A stretch of DNA of 64,000 nucleotides from Tubiluchus corallicola (lineage: Eukaryota; Animalia; Priapulida). The position numbers and the translations under genes were made by a program. The stretch's first letter is position 1; each line of letters begins with the position of its first letter. The stretch covers positions 62,001 to 126,000 of the forward strand of contig JAQGDQ010000153.1 in the NCBI GenBank assembly GCA_030141605.1, written 5' to 3'. The notes below the pieces were generated by a model, which worked only from the letters and a program-made list of their open reading frames with translations, was not told the DNA's origin and ran no database searches. This document shows positions 14,201 through 29,200 of this stretch, piece by piece.

Positions 14201-17200
14201 CACAAAGTAGTAATCAGAGAAGAAACATGAAGTTGGTAAAATGTCATACATTATCACACAAACATCAATATGTATCAATGCTTGAAAACAAGGCGGTGTT
14301 CATTTCCGTAAGGATTTACGTTTGCATGTCTTAATCTCAAAGCAAGCAAAAGCCATTTTGGCTGCAGTAGATTTTTGCAAAACAATGACATATTCTACCA
14401 AGAATGAAATAGTTATTATGGAATTATAAATCATACCTCTGAATTTCCAGAACTTTTGCAGACGTTATATCAACGTCTTCCGCTTGTGTCGTTCGGTCTC
14501 TCATATCTCTTTCCATCTGCACTAACTTATCATTTTGCTTCAACATCTCCTCTTTGTTATTGCTAATTTCTTCTTTTAATAGATTGCAGCTTGCCTTCAA
14601 CTCCTTGTTTTCCAACTGCCTGTCAGCACACTGCTGATTCAGCAACCTTATGATGTCTTCTTTGTCTGAGAGCTGTTTTGAAATTTCGTCTTTTGTTTTA
14701 ACAAGATCGTCATTTGCTTCGCTTAGTTTTTTGTCTTTTAGAGCAATCTGTTCATGTAGCTGACGAATGACGGCTTGACAGGTTTCATGCTCAGACACGC
14801 TACTAATACTACGCTTGAGCGAACCTTCTCTTGTTCTGCTCCTGTTACCGGCAGAAAAAGGCCTCATTCTTGCAACATGATCCGACATATCACTAGAAGT
14901 GTCACCAGCATCAAAGTTGCGACGCCTAGTGTTTATGTCTATGTCATTAATACCATTATGAACCCTTTGAGAACTGTCAGCATCTGGTGTTTCAGCCAAA
15001 TTTGGTTTTTTCTGTATATTCTCCTGACCGTCAAAACTGTCCTGCAGTTCTCCAGATTCTTGTGAGTAAAATCTCCACTTCTCACGTAATTCGCTCAACT
15101 GGAACTTCAGCCTTGCAATGACTTTATCCTTTTCAGCTAATTCACTTTTCAGCTTTTGTAGGTTCTCTTCCCTCATTACAATCTGAGCACGCATCTCTTC
15201 CATTAAACCTTCAAGCTCTTCAAAACCTTTTTTTGCATTGTCTCTCTCCTTTGTGACCTTCTTCAGTGCAGCTTCCTGACTCTCGCTTTGACTCTGTTCC
15301 ACCTGCTGCTGAACAGACTTCAGTTGTAAAGCAAGTACACTTTGAGTATCTGTAAGCTTGCTGTTATCATCATTCAGCTTTGCATTCAGGTCATTAAGCT
15401 TAATGATCTCATGTTCTGCAAACTCCAGCTGTTGACGCAGTGACGTCAGTTCTGAGATTTTCTTTTCTTTTTCAGAAAGTAACTGTTCTGCTTCCTTTAA
15501 CTGTTGCTGTATCAGTCCAACCTCACTGTTTTTTGCTTTCATTTCATCAACTATTTTATAAGCGTCTTTCAGCTGCTCTCGAATAGTTGATAGTTCTAAC
15601 TCACTTTCCAACTTTTCAGCAACCACTATGGCTAAGTCCTTTTCTAGTGTCATTACTTTCTTCTCTAATGAATTAGATTTTTTAACTGCCTTTTTACCTG
15701 GTGAAGTAGGTCTCGGAGATATCTCTATTGGTTCTTTCTTCGATGACTCTGATTTCGAGAATATCTCGTCACCTTCTGGAGTTATAGATCTATAATGCAA
15801 TTGCAGGACCTTTTTTCTTGGTGATATAGGTCGAGACAACTCACGTGACTTTTTATCATCTGGCATCTGGCATTTGGCACCTTCAATATCATCTGGTGAT
15901 TTAGCTCTCTCTTCCTTTTCTTGCTTAACTAACTTTGCATTTTCATCAGTCAAGGTATTCACTTTACTCTGCAAAAGTTGAATCAGATCCAGATGATCAG
16001 CAATTGCCTTTTCTTTGGCAGAAAAGTTAGACGTTAGAGATTCTACATATTCTACAAGTCGACTATTCTCTTTCGTTTTTTCCTCTAAAAGGATCTTAAG
16101 TTTCTCTAACTCTTCAGCAGCAGTTTTATACTTCCTTGTAGTCGCTGATAGAACTTGACTGCTAAAATCTTCCTCATTTTTGGTTTCTGTAACATCATCA
16201 AAATCAGCATAGATAGTTTGTGTTTGCACATGTAATGTTTCCATATATTGCGTATTAACAGGCTGCTGTTCTGCCAATGCATGCTTATGAGACAACATTC
16301 TCATCTCTTGTTCTAGCTCAGTGATATGATGATTTGCGGCACCTAAGCTCTCAGTTAGCACTTTAATCTGTTGTTCTGATTCCAACTGTTTGGTGTGCTT
16401 AGCAGTCAGTTCTTTCTGTGCTTCAGCAAGCTGTGCATTTGCCTCTTGATTGGCATCAGTCAGTTCCTGATTTAAGCTGTTCTTACTGTTAATTACGTCA
16501 CACAGCTCATCCACCTAGAAACACAATTTAAGTCATTTCTTAAAAAAATCAGGTGATTTAGTGACAGGTTTTTGCATTCACTATTACAAAACTGCAAAAT
16601 GATTACAATTAAAAATCAATAAGGAAACACTTTATTATAAGGAGTTTTACTGGTACTACTGTCAGAATTAACATTTTTAACAAATTTCACATTTAAAATT
16701 CAGTTCATTTTAACAACAAAGTATTTCACCAACAATCAAACATCACGTGGAATCAATAACTGATGAAAAGACAACAAACTTGCCATTCTTCAGTCCCTGA
16801 ATGCGCAGTGTTATATGAAGGTATTCTTTCTTGCTTGCTTCTCAGTATTCAATAATTTCATAGTCAAGCATAATAAAAGGAAAATTGTGTCAAAGCCACC
16901 AATTCAACTAATTATTTATACGTTTTTTCTGGCGCTTAGTGGCAGCAATAAGAGAGGCATATATGACATACACAAGCCTAGTTATAGAATGAATGCATGT
17001 TGAAGAAAATGAGACCAAATATTGCCGAGTAAAATTTCCTGTGATCATTATATTGCAATATCTTTATGCAAAATATGAATCAAACTCTGAATATAAAGCA
17101 GATTATAAGTGTAAAAAGTTAAGAAAAAAATCGCATTGAGTGCCATTTCAAATAAGTTGTCATGGCGTAGAAATTTCCACTCGCAATTAAACTACATGTA

Positions 17201-20200
17201 TTGTAGTTGCCGTGCATGTAATGTAATGTGTTGTATTAAACTACCTGCTTTTCTAGGTCGGCCAAACGTGCCTCACTTTCGACTTTTAGCTGCTCTAAAA
17301 TGTCAAGTCTATTTTGTGAGTCAGCAAGTTCTTTTTCAGTCATGTGAGCTATAGCATCACTGATAGTAACCACTGTTTCACTGGACTGAGATGCTGATAT
17401 AACTGGAGCACTGCCTAAAACATGAAAAATTCATAACTGCCTATCAACAAGAACATGATTGCAAAATTGGTATAATGAATTGATTGAGCATTTCTGAATT
17501 TCTAATTTACAAAAAAGCACCTTAAAATATGTGGTGTAATTATAGTAACTTTGCATTCTGAAAATACATAATAATCAATTTTTCAAAAAACTTAAATATT
17601 TCTGTGTATTTGTAGGTTTTTGCTATTGTACCGAGGTAATTTTATGGCTTTTTAAAGTAACAAAGACAATAATTTCCACAGTATTTTGATGCCAAAATAG
17701 TAATTTAATTTCATTCTTCTTGACATAAAACATACCACCAATATATGCTTGTTGCAACCTGGTTTGCTGTTCCAACTGCTCACGTAGCTGATCATTGTTT
17801 GCAATTGATTCCTGAAGACGGTGCTGCAAAACTCTGATTTCACTTAAATGTTGTTCAATAATCTGGCGCATTGCATCACCACCTAGAAATAATGAAAACT
17901 AGAAGTAGGATTTCTACCACAAAAAGAGGAAAGAGACACACTGATAGGTAAGAATTAGTAAGTAAACTGCACTAAGATAGAGAACTACCAAAAGACGTTT
18001 CTCAAGGGACCAATACCAACTCTCATCATGTGAGCAAAGCAAATAGTGAAGCAAACCTACTTAACACACCCCACTGGTATGCTCACTAGCCCAAGCATTG
18101 ACAAAGATATTATGCTTGAATAATTAATGAGTTATGTGTCACTTTCACATCATTTTGTGCGATTCACAAAAGAGGTAATCTCAATTAAATTATAAAAGAC
18201 AACAGTTCACCTGCTTGTGCTAAAATCTGCTTGCGAAGTTCTTGGTGCAAATCAAGTTCAACTCTTAAAGACTTATTCATGAGTTCGGCTTCCTTGAGCT
18301 TCTTCTTAAGCTGGTGAATATTCCGTCGATATTGGGCATCAGATCTATCGATTGAGGCACCTCGGACATGCCGTAGAGATGCATCCGAACTGGGCGAAGT
18401 GACACCACTCAACTGTCTCGGCTGAAGCATATTACTTGCGGAACCGGATCCGGATTCGCGACGCCGATGCCTAAAATCAGACCCCTGTTGAGAAACAGTA
18501 GCATGTTCAGCAACAACAACCTGTTGGCCGGTTAGATGTTCTGTGGAAGTAGACGTCTCAGATGAAGATGAATCTGCTCTTCCACTGATAACTGAAGCTC
18601 TCATTTTAGGCCTAGTTTGTTGCACACCATCTGTTAGCAAACTCTGAGAACGTTGAGAAGCATCCGGTTTTGTGACATGAGTTCTGCGAGCTGGTACTGG
18701 TTTTTTTACAGGCGTTTCACAGCCTTCGCCATCCAGATGACCTAAAGAAGGATTTGCAGGTTCTGTGTCACGACCATCTCCATCAGAATGAGCAGAAATG
18801 GTGGTGGTTCCTGCAGGTGCATTCACAGGCCTGGATGTGATGACTTGCGGACTGGTAAACAAAGGCACATCAGCATCAGACACCTGTCCATCTATAGATG
18901 GAGACCGCAGAAGAGCACTAGGACCTTGTTGCAAGTGAACACTAGACAAATTACCAACTGGGTGCTGCTGGGGCTGACCATTTGCCACCAATAAACCGTG
19001 CTCCTGATCGGGTGATTGATTGGCATCTGTACTGGAACTCTCACTCCACTGTTGGCCGTCTGCATCAACTGTGGATACACGCATCTGTAGAAAGTTATGA
19101 ATTTCATCATCGGTGTCAATGTGGTCACTATGTTCATGTAAAAATTCATCTCTAGATGGGTACCTTTCCACAATTTCAACATTTTCATCTGCCTGCATTT
19201 TCTGTAGCGGGGAAGCAGTATCGAGACCTCTCGGTGGTAACTCTTCCATCTCGGAACTCGTAATCAACGTAACATCAGTTCGGGGGCTGCTGTCGGTAGG
19301 GTAACGATGCCTATCCAATTCCGGAGGTCCGTCACTGGACAGCGAATCGATCTTCTGACTAGCAGGACCTGTCATCGCTAAGGGTTTCAAGGATTTAGAT
19401 GGTGATAAGAACACACTTGGCGCAAATACATTGGCTTGCTTCAAAATATCTTGAAGTTTGCTGATCATCTGAGACTGCCTTGAGAGAAGACCATCTTTTT
19501 CCTTTACGTCATTATTCAACCTACAACCAAGAAAGCAGCCGAAATAATTTATGTTACGTACAGAAGAAATAGCAAAAACACATTATCTAAAAAGACAGCA
19601 CAAAGGCTGTCTGTTGTTTGAACTGTTTTCAAATATTTCAATGCTTAATCTTAAGTTTTTGAAACTGTCTGGAATATCTGGAATACCTTCACCAACTACT
19701 TCAGGAATAACTTTTAATAACAAGAATCAAAACCTTGTTTTCATTTTATTTAGCTTTAATCAAACACAAATATTAAACCAATCTCACGGAAAGTGAAAAT
19801 TACCTGTCCCGTTCAGCTTTTATTTGTGAAATCTGCTGTTGGTTTTCATTAAGCAATTCTTGCAGTTTCAAAGTCAACTGTTGTTTGTCATGTACATCTT
19901 GTTTCAACTTGCCAACTTCATTTTGAGCTGTTGTGGAACTATAGTCAAATCAAATAAAAGGCACTAATTTTTACAAATTCAAACCTTAGTTATAAAACGT
20001 AACTTTCTAATTTGCAGTCAGTTTAATAGTAGCATATATAACACATACCCAAGTCAAAATGCTATCTTATAAAATATTGCAATGACAGTTTACTTCGAAG
20101 TATAAAATGTTTATTTTACAAAAAGAAACAACACTCAATAGTTTTACTACATTTAGCTGGTACATTTCAAACTTTACACATTACAACAAGTTGTATCAAT

Positions 20201-23200
20201 TTCAATTGGTAGAGCCAGTTTGGATAAACCTAATTATAATGGCTGCATCTACTAAATGTGCAAAGCAGTTAAACGAAATTGCAACTGGAAATTAGAAAAT
20301 TATCAGCTAAGAATTGCACTATATGACTATTTTACAGAAAAAAAGACATTTCACTAGCTATAAGTGCATAAGAGGTACAGAAAAACTACATCTAGAAAAA
20401 TAGGATCACCAATTTCTACCTTTCCCTTCCTTTTGGAGATCTTCTTGAGAAGCTGTGACTTGGAACAGCTACAGAATCTGCATCTGCATCTGCCTGCTCA
20501 CTTGGTGAGATAGTTCGTATTCTTACGGTTGATTCTGAAACACAGTTTGTAAGGTTATTTTGGCCGTGAATTAACATTTTAGTTGACAGTCACTTGGTCT
20601 AAGTTCTGCAATAACATGTAGAAACTGATGAAATTTTGCACTAAAGACTTTTCAGTGTCGACTTTTTTGACTGCCAAACTAAAAGATGGTAGAAAAGTGT
20701 TACAAAGATTCACAGTACTGAAAATCCAATTTTTCCATCATCTCAAGATTACACAGTGATTTATTATCCGTCAGTGATATTTTGAGAAGTATGAGTCAGA
20801 AGCATTATCATTTACAATTTAAGCAAGTCACAATGCAGAACAGATTTTGCTGGAATTTTACCACTAAAACTATCTAGCAGTTGTTGAGATGCATTGATGC
20901 TATTGTACACTCGACTTCGCAACTCCTGTAAAGCTTCCTGAGTTTGCGGCTTAACAAAGATCTGACCTTCGGTGTCATAACATAGCAGTTCCTCCAGGAA
21001 CTCTCCCAGTTCTTGAAGTTGTTCGGTTAAAAGCCTGTAAATGAAAAGTAGAAGCTAAGGTATAATTCTGCACAAATCGTGCATTGTAAACATATGCGAC
21101 GCTGGTAGCACATGTCACACCCTTTATTCAGCGTGTAACACATATATTTTGCGATCCATTAATTGAATTACTGTTCATTCGCTGATTATATCGATTTATA
21201 CATGGTCGTAGTCTCGATTAATTCGATTAATTTATTAATCGCCCATCACTAGTGCACGCACTAATAAAAAGAAATTTGTAAAGATATTAATATTCATAAA
21301 GTTAAAGTTAAAGTTAAAACCGTAAAGTTAAAATAACAAAATGAAAATTCATTATAGCCATTCAACTCTAGTACTCTACTAGTTTTAGCTTTCCTGAATT
21401 CTCACATATCCACAAAAATTACAGTTAAATTTACGAAATAACAAAAGAAAATCATTAATTAAAAGGTGCAAAGGCCAAATGTACGATGAGATATTCACCT
21501 CAACTACAATCACATTTAGCAAAAAATATCACCATAATTCTGCTCATGATTTGAGGTAAGATTATTATTTGTTCTAGTTGAACAGTCACGCCTCTAACTC
21601 ACAATACAATTTGTTTTATAAAATGGAAATGGAAATGGAAATAGAAACACGTGCAACTAGTAATTTTTCTTTGCACAAGGACAAGTATTAAGACAAGGTC
21701 ATTTCACAAAATGGGCGGCTACAAAATGTTCACTGCCTCGGCCGAAAATCACCAAAGACTACATAGGAAAAAAGAACATACCTGCAGGTGTTTCGAGTGT
21801 TACACAGTTGTTTCTCCATCCATATCAAGTTTCTTTTCTGTTCAGTAATTTCGATTTGCAGCATCTCAAAATCATGTTGACTTTTTCCCCCGGCACTAAC
21901 CAGCTACAATAAAAGAAAATGAGCCAATTTCTAATTTTTCACTATATAAATTTTTAATTAACAACAAATGACATCATTTAATCCCTTCTCTTTTATGGTG
22001 CTGGTCCAACCTAAAGCTGTTATTTTGTGCCAAGATATTCAGAAACAGTTAACAAGTGATTTTTGACCAATTAATAGTTGAGAAATTATCATTTAACAGA
22101 GAGAAAGCCAGTTCTTTAATCTTGGGTCTTTAACCTCAAAGCATGTCACTTGAAGTGTTTTCTCGCCTCACCTAGTTTTCTCATGAAAAAAAGATAAAAA
22201 GTTCTTAATAAAATAAACATTTTCAGGGAATGCATAGATAACTCTTGCATGCATATATAATTACAAACTTCCAAACTTAGCAGTAAGTTTGAGATGGGAA
22301 ATGAAAATAGTTTGCTAGACATGCACCACTTCATATCAAACATTGAGTTAAAAATTTATAGCAAAAAATGATGATTAATAATTAGCACAAATGCAACAAC
22401 AAAAATAAAAAAAAGTTCCAGCAAATAGTTATTAACAAATGTCTAAGCAGTATCATATTTTCATCCAAAACACTCATTCCAAAATTGGCCAAAGAAAATA
22501 AAGCCCATTCTTTCCATGAAAATTATGCTACGTGTAAAAGGTGAAACACGTGTTTAACAAGGTAACAAAAAAGCCCAAACACTTCATAATCTCCACCCAG
22601 TAAGACCTACTGATCTGCATCTCCGTGAAAAAACATGAAGTGTGCTGCACGTTTGCACATGTAGTATTATATAAAGCAAAACGGATGATGCAAACAAGAT
22701 ATTATTCTCTGAACATGTTCTGCTCTTTACATGATCTGCAGTTTTTAAACCAAAACAGTGCCATTTTTAGTCTTTATAGGATGGAGCATAGCTTTTGTCA
22801 TTTTGAAGGCAAAATACTGCTAGTGGTGTTAAACTTATCTTAAATTTTTGAAACCTGCTATTGTCCATAATGTGTAAATTTACCTGATTGAAGGAGTCAG
22901 AATCTGCTCCTTCCTGCTCAGAATCGCGCTGTACTGGAGCAGATTGCTGCGAGTCTAATTGCACATCATCCTTTTGCACTTCGTGTTCTTCTTCGATAAA
23001 AAATGTCTTCCTTACTTTCTTAGCTTCTTCTAATTGGCACTCCAGATCAGCAATGATCTCTTGGCTGTGTACTAGCTTTGCATTTAGCTCATCTAGGCTT
23101 GTTTTCAAAGCCAAGCAATGCTTGGCTCCACTTTCAACAATCTTGGCACAGCCTTTACTGCCCCGCTTCTTGAGCACATTGCCAACTTCTTTAAGCTTTT

Positions 23201-26200
23201 TACTAATTTTTTCAGTGTCTGAAACAACATGCGTCGGAGACAAGGCTACATATTCCGGGGACATTGGATGAGGTTCTCCCACCTGGCTAATTTGCTCAGC
23301 AATTAGCGGCTGCACCTGCACACCAACATCAACAGCAGAAGATGACTGAGACACCGATGACGTTATACCACCATCAATTGGTTCTCGACATGGTAAATGT
23401 TCATCAACCTCAGGCTGCTTATCTTCAGTTCTGGCAACAGCACTTTGGTGTTCTTGTCCTTCTGGACCAGCAGCAGCATCCCCAGACATTTGTGTAATGG
23501 AGTGACGATGACCAAGACTGGACTGCATTGTTTCATATGCACCTTTATAAAAATCCAACTGCCTTTGCAGGGATTCCAAATCCATATGCAATGATTCCAG
23601 TTGATTGCGAAGTTCGGTGTTGCCAGACTCTTCTAACGAAACATGTGCAGGATCATGCTGAAGTTTTTCCAAAATGCCCATCGTGTTCATGAAAGACACA
23701 ACTTCATCTGGGATTTGATGGACTTGATTTTCAAGCTTACAATACAGAGCTGTCAAAGATGCCCTAAGTTCATCGATCTGATGCTTCAGAGAAGTAGTGT
23801 CATCTGCGCGACCAGAAAAATCAAGGTTTGATGGTAATGTTTGTGTGCTGGCCATTAACAAAGGAACGGTTTGTTCTTGCTGTGGAATAGTTTGAGTAGA
23901 AGCCACTAAATTAGAAACATTTGCTTGTGTTGCTTGGCCAACAACAGGAGGTCTTTTACTTGGAGCTTGTTCTACATTAACTACTGTATCACCAATATGT
24001 GGTAAAATATTTTTGGGAAGTGAAAGCTGCTTTTGTGAAGACAAGCCAGTTAAGTGACCTTCCATAATGCCATTTGTGACACTTTCTACTTTACGTGTTG
24101 GTGCATGAGCTAGCTCTGACCTAGATTTCTCCTGGGTCACAAGCACAGGTCGCTGAGTAATAAACTCAGACTCTCTCAAACTTGAGTGGCCCAGATTTCC
24201 CTCCGAATGAATTGTCCTAGGTGGCGAGACTGTCTGTAATACAGGCTGGTAGACTACACCTTGTACTGTAACATTACTTCCTGGCATGCAAACAGCACTG
24301 CCCTGCCTGTGCAAACTTTCTGGGGGCAAAATAGGATGGCTTTGAACAACAGTGTCGCTCCTTGCTTTCAACTGAAGTGCTACATGAAGACGATGACAAG
24401 ACTGCACATATGCTTTCAGTTCTTTGATCTGCTGTTTCAGTTCATTGGTGTTTTCTGTCCTTCCATAGTCAACCATGTCACCCTGTGGGGGAGAATGTGT
24501 TCTTACTGGAGTTCCTGCACCTCTGACACCACTAGAAGATGCATATGCTACATTAATTGGTTTATCACCTTCTAATAACGTTTCGCCCTGTGAACCAGAC
24601 TCATCCACAGCATTCACAAGCAAGGATTTAGTTACAGGACCTCCAGTTTTACTTTTGGTGGATAAATTCAAAACACCTTTAGAATTTGTTTCAACATGAT
24701 ATGCCTCATTTGATTTCAAAATACCTTCTAAATTAGTTGCATCTTGATGACCAGTGCCAAAATCGAATGCCTGTACACCTTTCTCATCTCGCGAAATTGT
24801 TTCTTTACTTTCCTGGCTCTGATATAGCTGTTCTAGTTGCTGCAGCAAATCAAAATTTTCTTCCTCCTTTTGCTTGAGTAGCTCCTGTATTTCAAAAACT
24901 TTGTTATCAGTGGAATTCGAGGTTTGAGTCTCTGCAGCATCAGTAGCAATCTTTTCAGAAGCAACATTTCTGCCTAGCTGTAACTCGTCCCTTGCTAATT
25001 TCAATTCCACTTTTATCGCTTCAGCATCTTTCCTAATCTGACCAAGCAACTCAGCATTGATCTGGGAGCCATTCCCGTCAACTTCATTCACCTTTTTCAA
25101 AAGTGTGTTTAATTTTTCTAATGGTTCGATGTGCTCTAACACTCGAGTAACATCTTTTATGAGTTTGAAAGCATGCTGTGTCTCAAGCGAATCAGAGAAA
25201 GTAGGAATCATGAAGCTGTATCCAGAGCCATTCAAGCCAACTCGGTTCAAATCTTCGGGTGCTTGCACACTTGCATTTCTTTTCCTTGTCCGGGTCCTAG
25301 CAACATTTCCCTTATTATTTTTATAAATTTCCTCAAATTCTTCTGTAATGTCATGAATGTGAGTTTCCACAACTGGCAATTCTGTTGATAATCCTGCTCC
25401 AATCAACACTTGATGTAGTTCTTTGTTTTGCTTAGAAAGTTCGCTCAGTAAGTATCTACTGTCACAAAGATCTTGTCTTAGTTTTTCTATGCTGACCAGT
25501 TCTTCAGCTGACTGGTTTAGATTTTGCCATTCAGGATGCAAACAAACTCTGAGCCGCATGATATCATGTAACAATTCAACAACTGACTTATCATGAAGGT
25601 CATCATCATTTGGTGGAACTTGAAGTCTTTTAAATGCTGATAAACTACTTAACTGAGGTGGTAGGAATACACCTTCCTGCGTCAAATCTCTATCTTCATT
25701 TGTTAGATTTTGCCTAGCTTGATCTCTCAAATCCGAGACTATAACTTGCAGCTCATCAATTGATTTGTTCCACATTCCTGGATCCTCAATCATGCTAAGA
25801 TACGCACGATAATCTTCACTTGTTTTACCTAATCGGGTGAGAAGATTCATATTTTCAGACTCAAGGTGTTGTATTCTATTTTGCATCTGGATCAAAGTGT
25901 TACCGGAAGAAGAACTGCTTGATCTTTCAACTATACCATTTTCATGCAACAATTTACTGTCAGTTGAACTTTGACTGTATGAAGGCAATGGTATACTTGT
26001 AGAAGCAGATACAGTTTGTAACTGACTTTGGCCTGAATCTACCCGGTCTTGCTTTATTAAATTTTGTGAAACTGCCAATTCTTCGCCAAATGAAGGTGCA
26101 TCAAAAGACGACTTTTGACTATTTGACCTCTGAAGGTTATTAGAAACAAGTGAAGTCTCTGGAAAGGACCGTTGAGATTTCTGAAACGTAGCGGAACGCG

Positions 26201-29200
26201 GTCGTGTCACGACATCTTCCATAAATGCATTATCAGTTTCACTAGATGTAAAAGATTGCTTTGGCTTGTGGTAGTCGTCGAGATGTGACTTTACAGAAAG
26301 AATTTTTTCAGCATCCTGCCCGACATCTGATATCAAATGTTCTTTTGCTACCTCAATCTTAATACCTTCTTTTTCTGCTGCAGGTAAGGTTGCTTGTTCG
26401 CTCAAATCTGGAGTTTTTAGTATAAATTCTATTTCGGGAACAGAAGAACCTCTTTTTCTTCCAGATAATTTTCCTTCTGACTTACTACTCGATGACATTA
26501 ATTTTGATTGCTGAACTTGTGTTCCTCTGGTAACAGTTGGAAATGTCTGTAATTCTACTTGTAAGGCAATATCTGTCATTCTTTTCAAAGAAGCAGTTTC
26601 CACTGCATCAGTAAGGTCTGTCAAAAGCTCAACATTTGGTTCGGAAACACCACTTACAAGCTTTTGGCTTATTAACGAGCTTAATAACAAATTTTCTTGT
26701 TCAAAAGATGACAAATTGTTCTTTAGTAACTTTAAATTTTCCTCAACAATATTGGAATCTAAACCACTGGCAGCCAATTTGGCCTTCAGGTCATCATTAC
26801 GTTCATTAGCCTGTATCAATTCACCTTTTACCTTCTCTAATTGAAGCTGCATGAAGGGCTTATCAGGAACGTTGAGTTGCTCAGATAGCTTTGCTTCCAG
26901 CTCTTTATTAGCACACTCTAGCTGATAAAGCTGTGCTTGCAATACCTTCAACTCCGCTTGCACATCACGCGCTGGGGTACTATGTAACTGAGGTGTCGAT
27001 ATGTTTTCCAAACTTTCTATTTCCCTTAAAGCATTTCTCAAGTTCTTACTTTCTGTTTCACGCTGCAGTACTTGAGCTCTCAAGGATTTAAGATGGTTAT
27101 GCTCAGATATTGGTCTGGAAGGTGTAGAATGTGTTTCTAGTTGTTCTTCATGATAGCCCAACTGTGACTCACATTTTTCTACCAAATCATCAGAAGCAGA
27201 TCGAAGTGGTTGTTTGTTTACATCTGCAGCATCAACAGATTGCTCACTTGACAAGCTCTTCAATGACCTAAACTTCAAATATTGCTCATGCTCTCTGTTT
27301 TCATGCAAAAGACTATCACGCAATTTCTGAACTTCAACTGCCAGTTCTACCGCTTTGTTTGTTTCAGCATCAGTTTGCATTCTGCGTAGATCTTCGTTCT
27401 CTTCACACTTTTGCTTATACTCCTCCTTTAACAATTGATAATGCTCTTGCAATCCCACCATTGAACCTTCTACATCTTGGATCTCAGTCAGTCTAGCAGT
27501 TAGCGATTTGTTTTCATTTTCTACATTGTGAAGCTGTTGCTGCAACAAGTAAATCTGTTTTGTGAGATCAACAACTGAATCAGCAGAAGAAACATCAAGA
27601 GTCTGAATTTCCTGGGACTTTACAGGAGACGCCCGCTGAATATGCTCAAGTTTACAACTTGAGGAACTATTTAATGAACTTCGAAGTGCCAAGTTTTCTT
27701 CTTTATCTAATTTTAATTTCTTTTCAAGTGCTGATATGCGAAGTCGCAGGTTAGATGTATCCTCTTCTGTCCATACTCTTTCCTCTGACCTACTGCCTTC
27801 AGCAACATTTTCCTTTGAAATGTCTTCAAGAAATTCAAGTCTTTTCTGGAGACTGTTGTCATCATCTTTCAGCTGTTTCAATTGGCTTCGAAGAGCAAAC
27901 ATTTCTTTTCTCATTGCTGAAAAAGGCTGCAGGTCAATTCTGGGTATTGAGGTACTGTCATCTAATGTTATAGGTTCTAACAAGAAAGAATGTAACATGA
28001 CTGCTTCTTTTTGTAACTCAGTAAATGATTTAGTCTTTAAATCATCACTTTGTTCTAGTGATAACCGGAACCTCTGTCGTAGGCTGTCGGCTTCTTCTTT
28101 TAATTCACCTGTGCTTTTACGATCTAAATCTTTATTTTCGGCAGATTCATTATAATAGTTGCAAAGGCTTTGAATCTCTGTTTGCAAATCAGCATGTGCC
28201 TTTGGCTCATATGGCAGTGACAGACGACACTGGTCTCTCAAATGCAACACGTAGTCACGCAGCCCAGCAGGAGCCATATCAGTTGTGTCCTTGCTAACAT
28301 CAGCAGCCCTAAACCTTTGTGCAATGTAAGGGCTTTGTGACATTTCCAAGAGAGCAGCCGGAAGCCACCCAGATGTTAGCGCATTATCCCAGCGTCGGCT
28401 CAGGTCAGTAGCTTCCGCATCAAGTTCCTCCTCGTTCTTATCTAATAAATCAGGAAAGTTGGACAGAGCAGGTGATAACTGCACACTCTGCATCTGCCAC
28501 CGCAATTTGCTCACATTGTTTTGAAGGTCACTGATACTAGATTCTGCTGCAGGATAAAAAACATCTGATGTCGCCTTTTCCGGATGCCTTTCATCTCTTT
28601 CAGTATCATACTCCCTTGATGCTAGATTTCCAGGTTGAGACATTTTAAGATATTCCTTATATCCCTCAGAATTGTCGATATTCACCTCTTTTGGCAGAGT
28701 TATATTTTTCAGAGCACTTTTACTATCAGTGGTCAGCGTGTCACCTCCAAACTCCTTAGTAACAACATCTAGTGACTGATCAGTTTCTTTCAGTTGAGTG
28801 AGTAGTGCAGCAGCCAAATTCTCATCGTGAGGTCTGACATATTGCTCCATAACTTCGGTTATTTCTTGTTTTTTGACCAGCAACTCATCTACTATTCCTT
28901 TTAGCTTTGCAGTGCCAGGATCAGAAACATTGACTAAACAAAATTCATCCTTTGCTGTAAAATCAAATTTACCAACAGCTTTAGACATAGCATCTAGCTG
29001 ATTTTCGTTGTTAATAACCTCTTCAAACTTTATTGCATCTGATCCTTTGTCTTGCATTTCTGTATAAATTTGGGAGGCTTTATTACAAGCTGCTGGTACA
29101 CACATAAGTCCTTTTGTAACTAGAAGTGGCAACTTACTAGCAGCAAACTCATGATCAATCGCTGTATCTTCTGTGTCAGGTGCACAAGAAAATGAACCAG

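Noticed and set aside
21150-21252. CGATTAAT-rich stretch ending ATCGCCCATCACTA (similar pieces at ~3160-3260 and ~41995-42050)
   Set aside because: Looks like isolated ends of decayed DNA transposons; no partner TIR or TSD, so no element could be delimited. Not a CRISPR-like array.
22767-22883. Read-through of the giant-exon ORF for ~38 codons past the donor, suggesting a CM2-less isoform
   Set aside because: Short open extensions into introns are common by chance, and a good donor plus in-phase exon 16 explain the sequence. It would need 3'-end data.
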